From Patescibacteria group bacterium (lineage in GTDB: Bacteria > Patescibacteriota > UBA1384 > XYA2-FULL-43-10 > 1-14-0-10-43-13): a DNA stretch of 64,000 nt. The notes beneath the pieces are model-generated. The model saw only the letters and a list, made by a program, of their open reading frames with translations, did no database searches and was not told the DNA's origin. Made by a program: the position numbers and the translations under genes. Positions 31,057 to 40,557 of this stretch are shown here, one piece after another. The first letter of the stretch is position 1, and the number at the start of each line of letters is the position of its first letter. The stretch is taken from NCBI GenBank assembly GCA_041666325.1, contig JBAYHC010000001.1, forward strand, positions 265,708 to 329,707, given 5' to 3'.

Positions 31057-31875
31057 TTAATCAAAAACCAGAAATGCCTTTTGGCCATTGTTGATATTCT
31101 GTGGATCCCAATCATGAATGGCGTCAAAGAGATCTTCATACTTATAGAGATAGCCCTCACCGTTTTTCGTGCCGGGATCGTTTGTAATAAATTCATCTTC
31201 ATCGTAACCAACTATCACCAACATGTGATATTTGGGGCCGCCGTTACGAAAATTAGGGTTAGGAAGCGCTTTGCCTGATGCAGGGATAATTACAGGTCGG
31301 CCGGCGGCAATTTCTTTCTTCAAATCATCGACCGTAAAGTCATATACGATACGGCTACCGCTGATTGAGAAGTAATCATCAGCGGCTATTGATAGTTCTC
31401 GCAACGTGATTGATCCACCGTAACCGGCTCGCTCTTCGTAAGCGACCATTTTCTTGATCTCTTCGTCACCATCAGCACGAGATATTGTCGATTTGTTATC
31501 TAAAAAATGCCTCACCATAATCAAACTCGCCTCCTCGCATGCATCTTCGTGTAGAGCATCCCAATTGGCAGATGGAGCCTGAGACAAAAACGGCACTTTA
31601 ATGAGCCAGGTCATGGGCAATGCAGCATTCGAGAAGCTCTCTGCGACCTTCTTCTCGTCTGGATCAAGCGCATCTCCTTTATCCGAGATACTGGGTACCA
31701 TCTCAGCGCTCTCCTGTAGCTCAGATGTCTCAGCTGATTGATTTTGTTCCTCTTCCAGAGTCGAGATCTTCTCGGTCTCCCTTCCTTCCAAGAAGATAAT
31801 TACGCCTGTTGCCAAAATAATAGCGGTTACGATTGCAAACATAATCCTGCGCCATTTTGGGAGTTGTTTTGCCAT
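31057..31875 (-). CDS. Membrane-anchored C39-like peptidase
   Basis: VPFLSQAP...DACEEAS...YHMLVIVGY...NDPG. Confidence 0.85.
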   Translation of the reverse strand: MAKQLPKWRRIMFAIVTAIILATGVIIFLEGRETEKISTLEEEQNQSAETSELQESAEMVPSISDKGDALDPDEKKVAESFSNAALPMTWLIKVPFLSQAPSANWDALHEDACEEASLIMVRHFLDNKSTISRADGDEEIKKMVAYEERAGYGGSITLRELSIAADDYFSISGSRIVYDFTVDDLKKEIAAGRPVIIPASGKALPNPNFRNGGPKYHMLVIVGYDEDEFITNDPGTKNGEGYLYKYEDLFDAIHDWDPQNINNGQKAFLVFD

Positions 31876-31886
31876 ATCCTTGTTGA

Positions 31887-32744
31887 TTATTTAGATTGAT
31901 TTAATAGCAAGCCTACCCTCTCCTCCCGGACTCCTCGACCCAACTTAAATAGAAGTACACCGGCGAGCAAAGTCAACACTGTCTCAGCAATTAAGAGAAT
32001 CTTTAGCTCTTCAAATATTATATGGATTATCTTATCAAGACCGATCAGCAGCTTCTGATCAGTAATACCCCAAACTCCAATTTTGCTTGAGAGAAAATTT
32101 GGCAATACAAGATAGACAAACAGCGTGAGGCCCAGGAGAATCAAACCGACAAAAAATATATCGATCCCCACCCACGAGAAGCGCTTGGAAGCAGTCTTTC
32201 CGGAGAGCAAGAACAGTGATAATGTCGACAAAACTACAATCAAGAATTCAATGATAATTAGCAAATTAATATTTGATAATAACCTAATAACCAGACCGTT
32301 TCCCAATACTGTTTTCTTCTCCCCACCAAAAACACCGTCGTAGCCAACCTCCGCCAATGACAACCCTGTCTTGCTGTTAAATTTTTCTTGAACAGTACTA
32401 TTAATAGAAGTGAAAGAGATCATAATAGACGAGTCAGCACTAGGGTTGTCAATAACCTGGAAAAACTGATCTATCGCCCCCTCTGACAACTGCCGGATCA
32501 CGTCAGGGGTAATTGACTCTGATAAAACTTCAACAAACACACCATCTCCAGCTTTCATGTCAACTTCCTTGGAGAAGGTCTCTCTCATGCTGGCAGCTGT
32601 GAATTCGTAGGCATTACTCTTAAGTGCTATTCCCTTCAGTTTTTGGGGAGAAAGAAATGAAGCCTTCAGGTCTAGGGCTAGAATTAGTATCAGAGAATTA
32701 AAAAGGAGAAGAAAGAAAAATAGGGCGGCAAAAATTTTTCGCAT
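31887..32744 (-). CDS. Membrane protein, unknown function
   Basis: 285-aa ORF, one N-terminal and three C-terminal TM helices. Confidence 0.7.
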   Translation of the reverse strand: MRKIFAALFFFLLLFNSLILILALDLKASFLSPQKLKGIALKSNAYEFTAASMRETFSKEVDMKAGDGVFVEVLSESITPDVIRQLSEGAIDQFFQVIDNPSADSSIMISFTSINSTVQEKFNSKTGLSLAEVGYDGVFGGEKKTVLGNGLVIRLLSNINLLIIIEFLIVVLSTLSLFLLSGKTASKRFSWVGIDIFFVGLILLGLTLFVYLVLPNFLSSKIGVWGITDQKLLIGLDKIIHIIFEELKILLIAETVLTLLAGVLLFKLGRGVREERVGLLLNQSK

Positions 32745-32745
32745 A

Positions 32746-32898
32746 CTAGCCTTTCTTAGCCCGTCGGAAAATTATGGAGGCTCCCAAGACGATAAACAGA
32801 ACTGGCCAGATAACATCCCACGAGTCAGCCGGCAATAGTCCGAGATTTTGAAGCAGAAGAACAACTCCCACGAGCAATAAAGTAATACCAAACCACAT
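32746..32898 (-). CDS. Small LiaF-TM/DUF5668-like membrane protein (50 aa)
   Basis: MWFGITLLLVGVVLLLQNLGLL...WPVLFIVLGASIIFRRAKKG; SD AGGAG; below ORF-track cutoff. Confidence 0.8.
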   Translation of the reverse strand: MWFGITLLLVGVVLLLQNLGLLPADSWDVIWPVLFIVLGASIIFRRAKKG

Positions 32899-33023
32899 AT
32901 CCGCTCCTATTTTAATTACATGCACATTCTAACAAAAATTACTCACATGCACAAAAAAACACACAAACAAAAATAGGGACTCCTGAACTCCGGCCGGATG
33001 CCGTTATTCAAGAATCCCAATGA

Positions 33024-33503
33024 CTAAGCCGCTGACCCTGCCACAAGAGGACAGGAAATTGCGGCCGGAATCGCCTCTGCTTGGTGCACGTCCCGTGCAT
33101 CCCTAGGAATGACGAATGCCAGACTACCTTCTGCCAGACGCCAGTGCCTCCAACAGAGAAGAACCTTTGCGAGAAACACTCCGCGATGGTTTTCCTCGTT
33201 TGTCGACGCCAGCTCGAGTGCTTTATCAGCAGCCTGATAGACCTGCAAGACAGCTGAGTGGAACCTATCCTCGCTATATCCATCCGATCGGACCGAGACA
33301 AATAGGTTGCCCCTCCACACTGTCATGGCCACGGTAACGATATAGTCGCCGTTGTGCCTGAAACAGTTGGCGACAATCTCGCTAAGACCGAGAACGATGT
33401 CCCCGATCCTCTCCTCTTCCCAGTGGCGGGACAGGAGGAGTGCCCTGATTGCTTGACGCATGCGACCCAAGTCGCCCGCGCCTGATAGCACTACCTTCTT
33501 CAC
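33024..33503 (-). CDS. Divergent RsbW-like ATP-binding protein (HATPase_c_2)
   Basis: IVLGLSEIVANCFRH (N-box), VSVRSDG, ENHRGVFL (GGRGL-like); probable GTG start after GAGGGGG; terminator-like hairpin at ~32975-33020. Confidence 0.65.
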   Translation of the reverse strand: MKKVVLSGAGDLGRMRQAIRALLLSRHWEEERIGDIVLGLSEIVANCFRHNGDYIVTVAMTVWRGNLFVSVRSDGYSEDRFHSAVLQVYQAADKALELASTNEENHRGVFLAKVLLCWRHWRLAEGSLAFVIPRDARDVHQAEAIPAAISCPLVAGSAA

Positions 33504-33684
33504 CTCATACCCCCCTCTGTGAACCGAGCACAGCCACAACGAATAGCAGTAGATCATTTCTCTTGATTGTTAATCTATCAAGAAAGTTATTGTAAGTAAA
33601 TGCACCCTGGCGCGGTCCAGAATAACATATGAGATTGAAAAATAGCCTCAAGTATAGTAGAATCACAAAAGATGCCTAACCCTC

Positions 33685-33758
33685 TCCGAGATCGTCTAAT
33701 GGCAGGACAGCGGCCTTTGAAGCCGTGAATCTTGGTTCGAATCCAAGTCTCGGAACCA
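33685..33758 (+). tRNA. tRNA-Gln(TTG)
   Basis: TCCGAGA...GCGGC-CTTTGAA-GCCGT...GGTTCGAATCC...ACCA. Confidence 0.96.
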
Positions 33759-33909
33759 ATTGGATAGGTTCATCCCCAGGCCAGGCCGTCAGATCAGTAA
33801 AATTTCTTAACTCCTTGCGGTTTTGAATTCAGACAACTTCGCAAGATGGTACCAACAGTTAGCGCATCTCCTTAACGCAGACAAGAATAACCGGGTAGCG
33901 CCCTCTCTG

Positions 33910-33983
33910 GCAAGATTAGTTTAGTGGTAAAATGCGTCCTTCCCAAGGATGAGTCGCCGGTCCGATTCCGGTATCTTGCTCCA
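33910..33983 (+). tRNA. tRNA-Gly(CCC)
   Basis: GCAAGAT...CGTCC-TTCCCAA-GGATG...GGTCCGATTCC...TCCA. Confidence 0.95.
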
Positions 33984-33984
33984 A

Positions 33985-34060
33985 GCCGATATAGCTCAGT
34001 TGGTAGAGCAGCACTTTCGTAAAGTGAAGGTCGCCAGTTCAAATCTGGCTATCGGCTCCA
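33985..34060 (+). tRNA. tRNA-Thr(CGT)
   Basis: GCCGATA...CACT-TTCGTAA-AGTG...AGTTCAAATCT...TCCA. Confidence 0.95.
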
Positions 34061-34179
34061 TAGATTTCGGCAACACAACCCCTCGCTCTGGTTAACGAAT
34101 ACCGCTAAAAGGTGTATCGTATTATTAATACAAGTGCTGCTCGGGCCATAAAACTAATTTATCAAAATATTTTAGAACT

Positions 34180-34512
34180 ATGAGAAGAAATTACGATACT
34201 GCCCTCTTGATTATCAACAAGTTTCTTTCTGACAAAGAAGATGTCTATCTTTTTTTGGCATCCATACTCCTAACAGCATTCGACCTTGTTCTCTGGAAAA
34301 TGTATCAGTTTAGCGAGACCACAGCATTCTTGTGGCGTTTGTCGCTATCTCCGATTTACTTCTTGCTGATCACAATAGGAATCAACATTGTTCTCTCACT
34401 CTTTGCTAGCGACAAAGATGAAAATATCAGCCACTTGCTTCTTGCGGCAAATATTTTTATCGCTACCCTAATACTAATTTTAGAAATCTTCTATTCTGCC
34501 ACATTACAATAA
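34180..34512 (+). CDS. Small membrane protein
   Basis: 110 aa, three TM helices, first gene of GT operon. Confidence 0.65.
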   Translation: MRRNYDTALLIINKFLSDKEDVYLFLASILLTAFDLVLWKMYQFSETTAFLWRLSLSPIYFLLITIGINIVLSLFASDKDENISHLLLAANIFIATLILILEIFYSATLQ

Positions 34513-34519
34513 GGCAACT

Positions 34520-36028
34520 ATGAGCACATGGAAATACAAACGACTGTTTGAAATATTACCCGGAGCTTGCTCTTGGACAATAATCCTCTTGCCAATTATT
34601 CTTTCTTTTGTGGCACCAAAGGTTCTAGCAACCTACATGATTTTTTTCCTGAGCTACTGGCTCGTAAAGACCTTCTTCATGTCGTACCGCCTGATAGTCG
34701 GATATAAAAATTATCGCCATGACCAAATAGTTGATTGGCGCAAGAAACTGGATAATCTTGCCCCGCAGAAGTCATGGCAAGACATCTATCACCTTGTCGT
34801 TGTCCCGACATATAAAGAAGACATCTCTATTCTTGAGTCCTCTCTTGAATCAGTTGTTAATTCAGACTTCCCTAGCGAAAAGGTAATTTACGTTCTTGCA
34901 ACAGAGGAAAGAGACAAAGAACGAGCAGAGGCAAACAGTTCTATCCTGAAGAAAAAATATCAGGACAAGCTGGCTGATTTTATTTCAATAATGCATCCCA
35001 AAGATTTACCGGAAGAGGTTATCGGCAAGGGACCCAATATTACATATGCTGGCCAACATATGATCTCATACTTCCAGGAGAAGGGCATACCCTTTGAAAA
35101 TGTTATTGTCACCAATATGGATGCGGACAATCTCATGGACAAAAAATATTTATCATGTTTGACCTACTGCTATCTCACAGATCCAGATCCAGTTTACAAG
35201 AGCTTCCAGCCGTTACCGATGTACTTCAATAATATCTGGGACGTGCCTATGCCCATGAGGCTTATCGCCATGGGTTCATCATTCTGGCAAATGATTGTTG
35301 CCACTAGACCTTCACGGTTGCGCAACTTCTCTGCTCACGCCCAAAGCTTGGAGGCACTCATAAAAGTTGACTTCTGGTCCAAGACAACAATAGTTGAAGA
35401 TGGACACCAATTTTGGCGCACATATTTCAGCTTCGACGGCAGACATGAAGTCGTTCCCATGTATGTTCCGATTTATCAAGATGCAGTTTTGGCCGGCAGC
35501 CTTTGGGACACAATGAAAGAACAATACCTACAGAAGAAACGTTGGGCTTGGGGCGCCTCGGACATCCCATTCGTCATGGAACACACCATTGGCAACAAAA
35601 ATATTCCATTCATTGATCGCTGGGCAAATGCACTCATTTTACTTGAGGCTCACATTACCTGGGCAACAACATCGATCGTTCTGGCAACCTCCTCGTGGTT
35701 ACCTCTCGTGCTTAACCCCGAATTTCGCAACACCGTACTAGCCTTCAACTTTCCAATCATATACGCCAGACTTCTAACCATAGCATGGGTCGGAATGATC
35801 ACAACGCTCATAATTTCCTCTCTGCTAGTTCCTCCGCACCAAGGCAAAAAACCATCCAGGCGAATTTTCTTTGACTGGATATTGACGCCGCTAGTTCTGC
35901 CAATCAGCAACATTATCTTTTCCTCTCTTCCTGCTCTCGAATCACAAACAAGGTTGATGCTCGGAAAATACCTTGGCTATCGAGTTACGGTCAAATCAAC
36001 AAAGCGCTCATTCGCATCAGACCAATAA
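34520..36028 (+). CDS. Membrane-bound GT2 glycosyltransferase
   Basis: VPTYKE, MDAD, IVED, QKKRWAWG (D,D,D,QxxRW). Confidence 0.9.
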   Translation: MSTWKYKRLFEILPGACSWTIILLPIILSFVAPKVLATYMIFFLSYWLVKTFFMSYRLIVGYKNYRHDQIVDWRKKLDNLAPQKSWQDIYHLVVVPTYKEDISILESSLESVVNSDFPSEKVIYVLATEERDKERAEANSSILKKKYQDKLADFISIMHPKDLPEEVIGKGPNITYAGQHMISYFQEKGIPFENVIVTNMDADNLMDKKYLSCLTYCYLTDPDPVYKSFQPLPMYFNNIWDVPMPMRLIAMGSSFWQMIVATRPSRLRNFSAHAQSLEALIKVDFWSKTTIVEDGHQFWRTYFSFDGRHEVVPMYVPIYQDAVLAGSLWDTMKEQYLQKKRWAWGASDIPFVMEHTIGNKNIPFIDRWANALILLEAHITWATTSIVLATSSWLPLVLNPEFRNTVLAFNFPIIYARLLTIAWVGMITTLIISSLLVPPHQGKKPSRRIFFDWILTPLVLPISNIIFSSLPALESQTRLMLGKYLGYRVTVKSTKRSFASDQ

Positions 36029-36077
36029 GAGTAACTGCGTGCGCACTACGACGTCTCCTAATATTTAGAATATATCT

Positions 36078-37913
36078 ATGAATTTCTTCGGAGGGTTTAT
36101 GCTTGAAAAATTAAAAACAAACTCATATTTTTCCTCAAACCTTTTGGCTGCAGGAATTTTACTGACCATGTTTCTCGTTGCCCTCCTCTCTTCAAAGGGT
36201 GCGTTTGGAATTCCCGGAGACTCAGGAACAGTAGATGAGATTGCTCATATTCCATCAGGCTACTCTTATATGGAATATTTTGACTACCGCCTCAACCCGG
36301 AGCACCCACCTCTTGCAAAAGCCTTAGCAGGTTTGCCACTAGCGATCGGCAACTTTGATGGTCCAGAAAAAGACTGGAGCTGGAATTCCATCAACCAATG
36401 GGAGGCAGGATGGTATATGCTCTACGAAACAAGCAATGATCCGGCAATAGTATTGCTATGGTCAAGATTGCCGATGATGCTCTTAATGATCGCACTGGGG
36501 GCATTTCTCTTCAAATGGTCACGAGAACTCTTTGGACCTCGAATCGGATTGGTGGTTTTAACTCTTTTTGCATTTTATCCTGACGTAATCGCACACGGAC
36601 GCCTCGTTACGACAGACGTCGCTGCCGCGCTAGGATACGTAATCACTCTCTACTATTTTGACAAAGCGATTACAACCAAAACAACAAGGTCACTACTAAT
36701 TGCTGCGCTTGCTTTTGGCATAGCACAACTGCTCAAGTTTTCTGCCCTCCTCCTCTTCGGCGTATTATTTATCCTTGTCATCGCGAAATCAGTGCAGGGC
36801 AAGGAGATGGGATTTTGGAAGGTATTCAAATCAAATTTCAGAGTCTATTTTCTGGTCGCGCTCTTATCACTTGCAGTTGTCTGGATTGTTTATCTTCCCT
36901 TCGTCTGGCAGACCCCAGCCGAAATCGAACATACTGTGATTGAAAAGAACATGACGACCGACCCTGGAACGCTTCCTTTGCGCAACTTCCTGCACCTATT
37001 CGAGAACAATCCGTTTAGTAGAGCGATCGGTCATTATCTCCTTGGTCTGATGCTGGTCATCGCCAGGGTAGCAGGCGGAAACGCCACTTTCCTGATGGGC
37101 GAGGTGGCAGAGAAGACCATTCGTTCATATTTCCCAATTGCCTGGCTGATAAAAACTCCCCTACCAATAATTTTGCTCTCCATCCTCTCCTTCATCTTTC
37201 TGTTGACCAAAAAGAAAGGGAGTGGCGAAAAATGGCTACTCTGGATAATACTTACCCCAATAGCAGTCTACTGGGCGTTTACCCTCAAGGGCTCTCTCAA
37301 TATAGGCATACGCCATCTTCTTCCAACGATTCCATTCGTACTATTGCTTATTGGCTGGACCCTCTCAAGAATTCAGTATAATGCCTGGAAATATTCCTTG
37401 GTTGTTTTTCTGGTGGTTTTTGAGGCTGTTCATACACTTGCGTACTATCCGCAGTTCATCGGCTACTTCAATGTCCTCGTACCAAAAGAACAACGCTTCA
37501 AATACATGACAGACTCTTCGCTAGACTGGGGGCAAGATTTACTCAGATTGAAAAAGTACATAGATGAGAATAATATCAATGAGATTAAAGTTGACTACTT
37601 TGGCGGATCGGTCCCCAGCTACTACATCCCGCAGGCTCAATCTTGGCATAGCTCATACGGGCCAACAACCGGATGGCTGGCTGTTTCTGCCACATTTTAT
37701 CAATCTTCCAAGCTCTACGGACCCAAAGAGGGTAAGTGGTCTTATCACTGGCTAGACAAGCGGAAGCCAAACGCAATTATTGGGGGATCGATACTTGTCT
37801 TCAATATCACCGATGACGACTTAATCGAAAACCCACCTGAATCACCATACCCAATAACGAAGGTTGAATACCAAGATTATTTGCAAAGCAGCACGCCTCA
37901 AATTCAACTTTGA
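36078..37913 (+). CDS. ArnT/PMT-like (GT-C fold) lipid-carrier-dependent glycosyltransferase
   Basis: TVDEIAHI, NPEHPPLAK, HGRLVTTD, DSSLDWGQDL; many TM helices. Confidence 0.85.
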   Translation: MNFFGGFMLEKLKTNSYFSSNLLAAGILLTMFLVALLSSKGAFGIPGDSGTVDEIAHIPSGYSYMEYFDYRLNPEHPPLAKALAGLPLAIGNFDGPEKDWSWNSINQWEAGWYMLYETSNDPAIVLLWSRLPMMLLMIALGAFLFKWSRELFGPRIGLVVLTLFAFYPDVIAHGRLVTTDVAAALGYVITLYYFDKAITTKTTRSLLIAALAFGIAQLLKFSALLLFGVLFILVIAKSVQGKEMGFWKVFKSNFRVYFLVALLSLAVVWIVYLPFVWQTPAEIEHTVIEKNMTTDPGTLPLRNFLHLFENNPFSRAIGHYLLGLMLVIARVAGGNATFLMGEVAEKTIRSYFPIAWLIKTPLPIILLSILSFIFLLTKKKGSGEKWLLWIILTPIAVYWAFTLKGSLNIGIRHLLPTIPFVLLLIGWTLSRIQYNAWKYSLVVFLVVFEAVHTLAYYPQFIGYFNVLVPKEQRFKYMTDSSLDWGQDLLRLKKYIDENNINEIKVDYFGGSVPSYYIPQAQSWHSSYGPTTGWLAVSATFYQSSKLYGPKEGKWSYHWLDKRKPNAIIGGSILVFNITDDDLIENPPESPYPITKVEYQDYLQSSTPQIQL

Positions 37914-37945
37914 TTAAATAAGTCATCTGTCAAAGAAAGGACTAA

Positions 37946-38674
37946 ATGGATAAAGAATATTATCTGTCGATTGTTGTGCCGGCATACTGCGAGGAAGAGA
38001 GAATTCATCTTATTCTTGATGCCATTACCCAATACCAAAAGAAAAAAGAGTTTAATATCGAAACAATCATAGTGATTGACGGCTCTCCAGACAGAACAGC
38101 TGAGGTGGTCAAATCCTACAAAGATAAAATGGAGGGACTCAGACTAATCGACCGAAAAGAAAACCGCGGCAAGGGGTATAGCGTAAAAGAGGGCGTGCTA
38201 GGAGCAAGGGGAAAATATATTCTTTTTGCCGACGCTGATAATTCCACTCCGGTCGAACAAGCTGATAAATTGCTTAAATTCACCGAGTCTCACAAGGTGA
38301 TCATTGCATCTCGCTACTGTCAAGGAGGAAGATTGGCAAGGCCTCAACCTATTCACCGCGTTATCGGGGGAAGAGTTCTAAATATTATTATTCAGCTGCT
38401 GGCCGCTCGCGGCATCAAGGATACGCAGTGCGGATTTAAGCTCTTCGAGCGCGATGCTGCGCAGGAAATATTCAAGCGACAAACGTTTGACAGATGGTCG
38501 TTTGATATCGAACTGCTGGCAATCGCCCGAAAACTTGGCTACAAAGTGAAAGAGATCGGTATTACATGGTATGACAATCCGCACTCAAAAGTCAATCCAA
38601 TCAAAGACGGCCTACGCATGATTAAAGATTCTTGGGTGGTTAGAAAGAATATTATTGCCGGTAAATACCGCTAG
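37946..38674 (+). CDS. Polyprenyl-phosphate glycosyltransferase (Dol-P-glucosyltransferase-like GT2)
   Basis: VVPAYCEE, NRGKG, FADAD, DTQCGFKLF, FDIELL. Confidence 0.9.
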   Translation: MDKEYYLSIVVPAYCEEERIHLILDAITQYQKKKEFNIETIIVIDGSPDRTAEVVKSYKDKMEGLRLIDRKENRGKGYSVKEGVLGARGKYILFADADNSTPVEQADKLLKFTESHKVIIASRYCQGGRLARPQPIHRVIGGRVLNIIIQLLAARGIKDTQCGFKLFERDAAQEIFKRQTFDRWSFDIELLAIARKLGYKVKEIGITWYDNPHSKVNPIKDGLRMIKDSWVVRKNIIAGKYR

Positions 38675-38706
38675 TGTCTAATTACTTTAACGATATTATA
38701 CAACAT

Positions 38707-39474
38707 TTATTGTACCGGTATGGTCATTATCTCTCGGCCCTCGACCACCCTGCTCAGTGCCGCATCATAGTCACCCAGGAAGTCATGGGTCAGAAAAAAG
38801 TCTCGGGCATTATCCCTTTGTTGCAGAAAATTAATCATATCATCAGTGGCTGAGTTAATTGAATAAGATTTTACTTTTGGATTTGTGAAAAAATCATCCA
38901 TTGCTTCTAGAAAATGATCAATGTCAATAATATCTCTAAAAAAATGAATGTAGCGCCAGACAGAAATTATCGGCTCCGTTTTATCGATAAAATGAAATTG
39001 TTTAACCTCTGACCTTGAACGATCAGCCAGAGCAGAGATGGCAAACAAGAATCTCTGTTTCATATCCTGATCCAAGCTATCCGCAATAATTGAATTTGCA
39101 AGGTCTTCCTCGACTTTTAAGTCACCATCAACGCGCCCAAACAACGCTTTTCCTTCGGTATAATCCGGAATATCCCCAATGACTGATTCTGCCAAGTCGT
39201 GAAAAGCAATAAAATCAGAGAGCAAATGATCGCCTGTCATGCAACCGATGACCTCGTTAAAAATATCAGCATCATAGGCCAATTGAAGCAGGTGGTCATA
39301 GATAGACTGCTTGGGTAGATTCAGGCAAAAATTATCGATTCTTGCAGCCTTGCCGGAACGTGGCGACCTCTTGAGGTCATCGATTATATTAAGTCGAACG
39401 CCGCTCCCCAAATTGACACTAGCTTTCCTTAACCCAGAAAGAGTTTTTTGGGTTATGTTATAAATATTTGGCAT
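38707..39474 (-). CDS. HD-domain hydrolase (YfbR-like)
   Basis: QSIYDH...FHDLAESVIGDIP...IDK. Confidence 0.75.
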   Translation of the reverse strand: MPNIYNITQKTLSGLRKASVNLGSGVRLNIIDDLKRSPRSGKAARIDNFCLNLPKQSIYDHLLQLAYDADIFNEVIGCMTGDHLLSDFIAFHDLAESVIGDIPDYTEGKALFGRVDGDLKVEEDLANSIIADSLDQDMKQRFLFAISALADRSRSEVKQFHFIDKTEPIISVWRYIHFFRDIIDIDHFLEAMDDFFTNPKVKSYSINSATDDMINFLQQRDNARDFFLTHDFLGDYDAALSRVVEGREIMTIPVQ

Positions 39475-39480
39475 GTTCAG

Positions 39481-40551
39481 TTAGACAATTAGCATGGCGT
39501 CGCCATACGAATAAAAGCGGTATTTCTCCCGTATAGCCTCTTCGTACGCTCTAACAGTTAGATCTCGACCAGCAAAGGCGGCAACCAAGACCAAGAGGGA
39601 CGACTTTGGCAAATGAAAGTTTGTGATGAGGCCATCAATGCACTTAAATTTGTATCCGGGGTAAATATAAATATTAGTATGACCGCTTGTAGCTCGTAGC
39701 TCGTAGCTCGCGTCCAGGAGCAAGTGGTTGGAAAATACATGTTCGAGAACCCTGGTGGTGGTTGTGCCAACAGCGACAATGCGTCTGTTTTCTCTTTTGG
39801 CCCGAGCAATCTGTTCTAGCGTTTCTTTGTCAACCGAAAAATACTCTGAATGAATTTTGTGTTGTTCAATCTCCTCCTCTTTGATCGGAGTAAAAGTTCC
39901 TAGACCAACATGTAGCGTAACCTCGGCCACCTCAACACCCATTTCTTTAATTTTCTTTATTAATTCGGGCGTGAAGTGCAAACCTGCCGTAGGCGCTGCC
40001 ACACTGCCCCTGTCTTTAGCGTAAACCGTCTGATACCGCTGCTTGTCTGGTTCAGTTTGTGTCGCCCTCGTATCTAACTCCTGTCGCTTCTTCACGATAT
40101 ATGGGGGCAATGGAACCTCGCCTATATTTTCTATCTCACAGAAGAAACGATCACCAGACATGTTGAAGCGCACAGAAAAAATATTATCATTTTGCTTTTC
40201 TACCCCAGCCTGTAATGCAGAGCCTTCAAACACCACCCTCATGCCCACCTTAAGCCCCCGACCGACGACTTCCCATAAGCCAGGCCCCACCTCTTTGTTA
40301 AGAAAAATCTCTACTCTGCCGCCCGTAATCTCTTTCTTGCCTATCAATCTGGCCGGGAATACTTTGGAGTTGTTGACAATAATAACATCGCCAGGCACAA
40401 GATGGTCGATTAAATTAAAAAAACAATCGTGAGAGACAGTGCCATCATGACGATTGAGAACCAATAGCTTTGAGTGGTCACGAGGCTCAATCGCCCTGTC
40501 AGCTATCAGTTCGCTTGGTAAATTGTAATCAAAGTCGGTAAGCTTCATCAC
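39481..40551 (-). CDS. queA: SAM:tRNA ribosyltransferase-isomerase
   Basis: RYQTVYA, SVAAPTAGLHF, TLHVGLGTF, TNFHLPKS, YRFYSYGDAM. Confidence 0.97.
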   Translation of the reverse strand: MMKLTDFDYNLPSELIADRAIEPRDHSKLLVLNRHDGTVSHDCFFNLIDHLVPGDVIIVNNSKVFPARLIGKKEITGGRVEIFLNKEVGPGLWEVVGRGLKVGMRVVFEGSALQAGVEKQNDNIFSVRFNMSGDRFFCEIENIGEVPLPPYIVKKRQELDTRATQTEPDKQRYQTVYAKDRGSVAAPTAGLHFTPELIKKIKEMGVEVAEVTLHVGLGTFTPIKEEEIEQHKIHSEYFSVDKETLEQIARAKRENRRIVAVGTTTTRVLEHVFSNHLLLDASYELRATSGHTNIYIYPGYKFKCIDGLITNFHLPKSSLLVLVAAFAGRDLTVRAYEEAIREKYRFYSYGDAMLIV

Positions 40552-40557
40552 TGGCCA

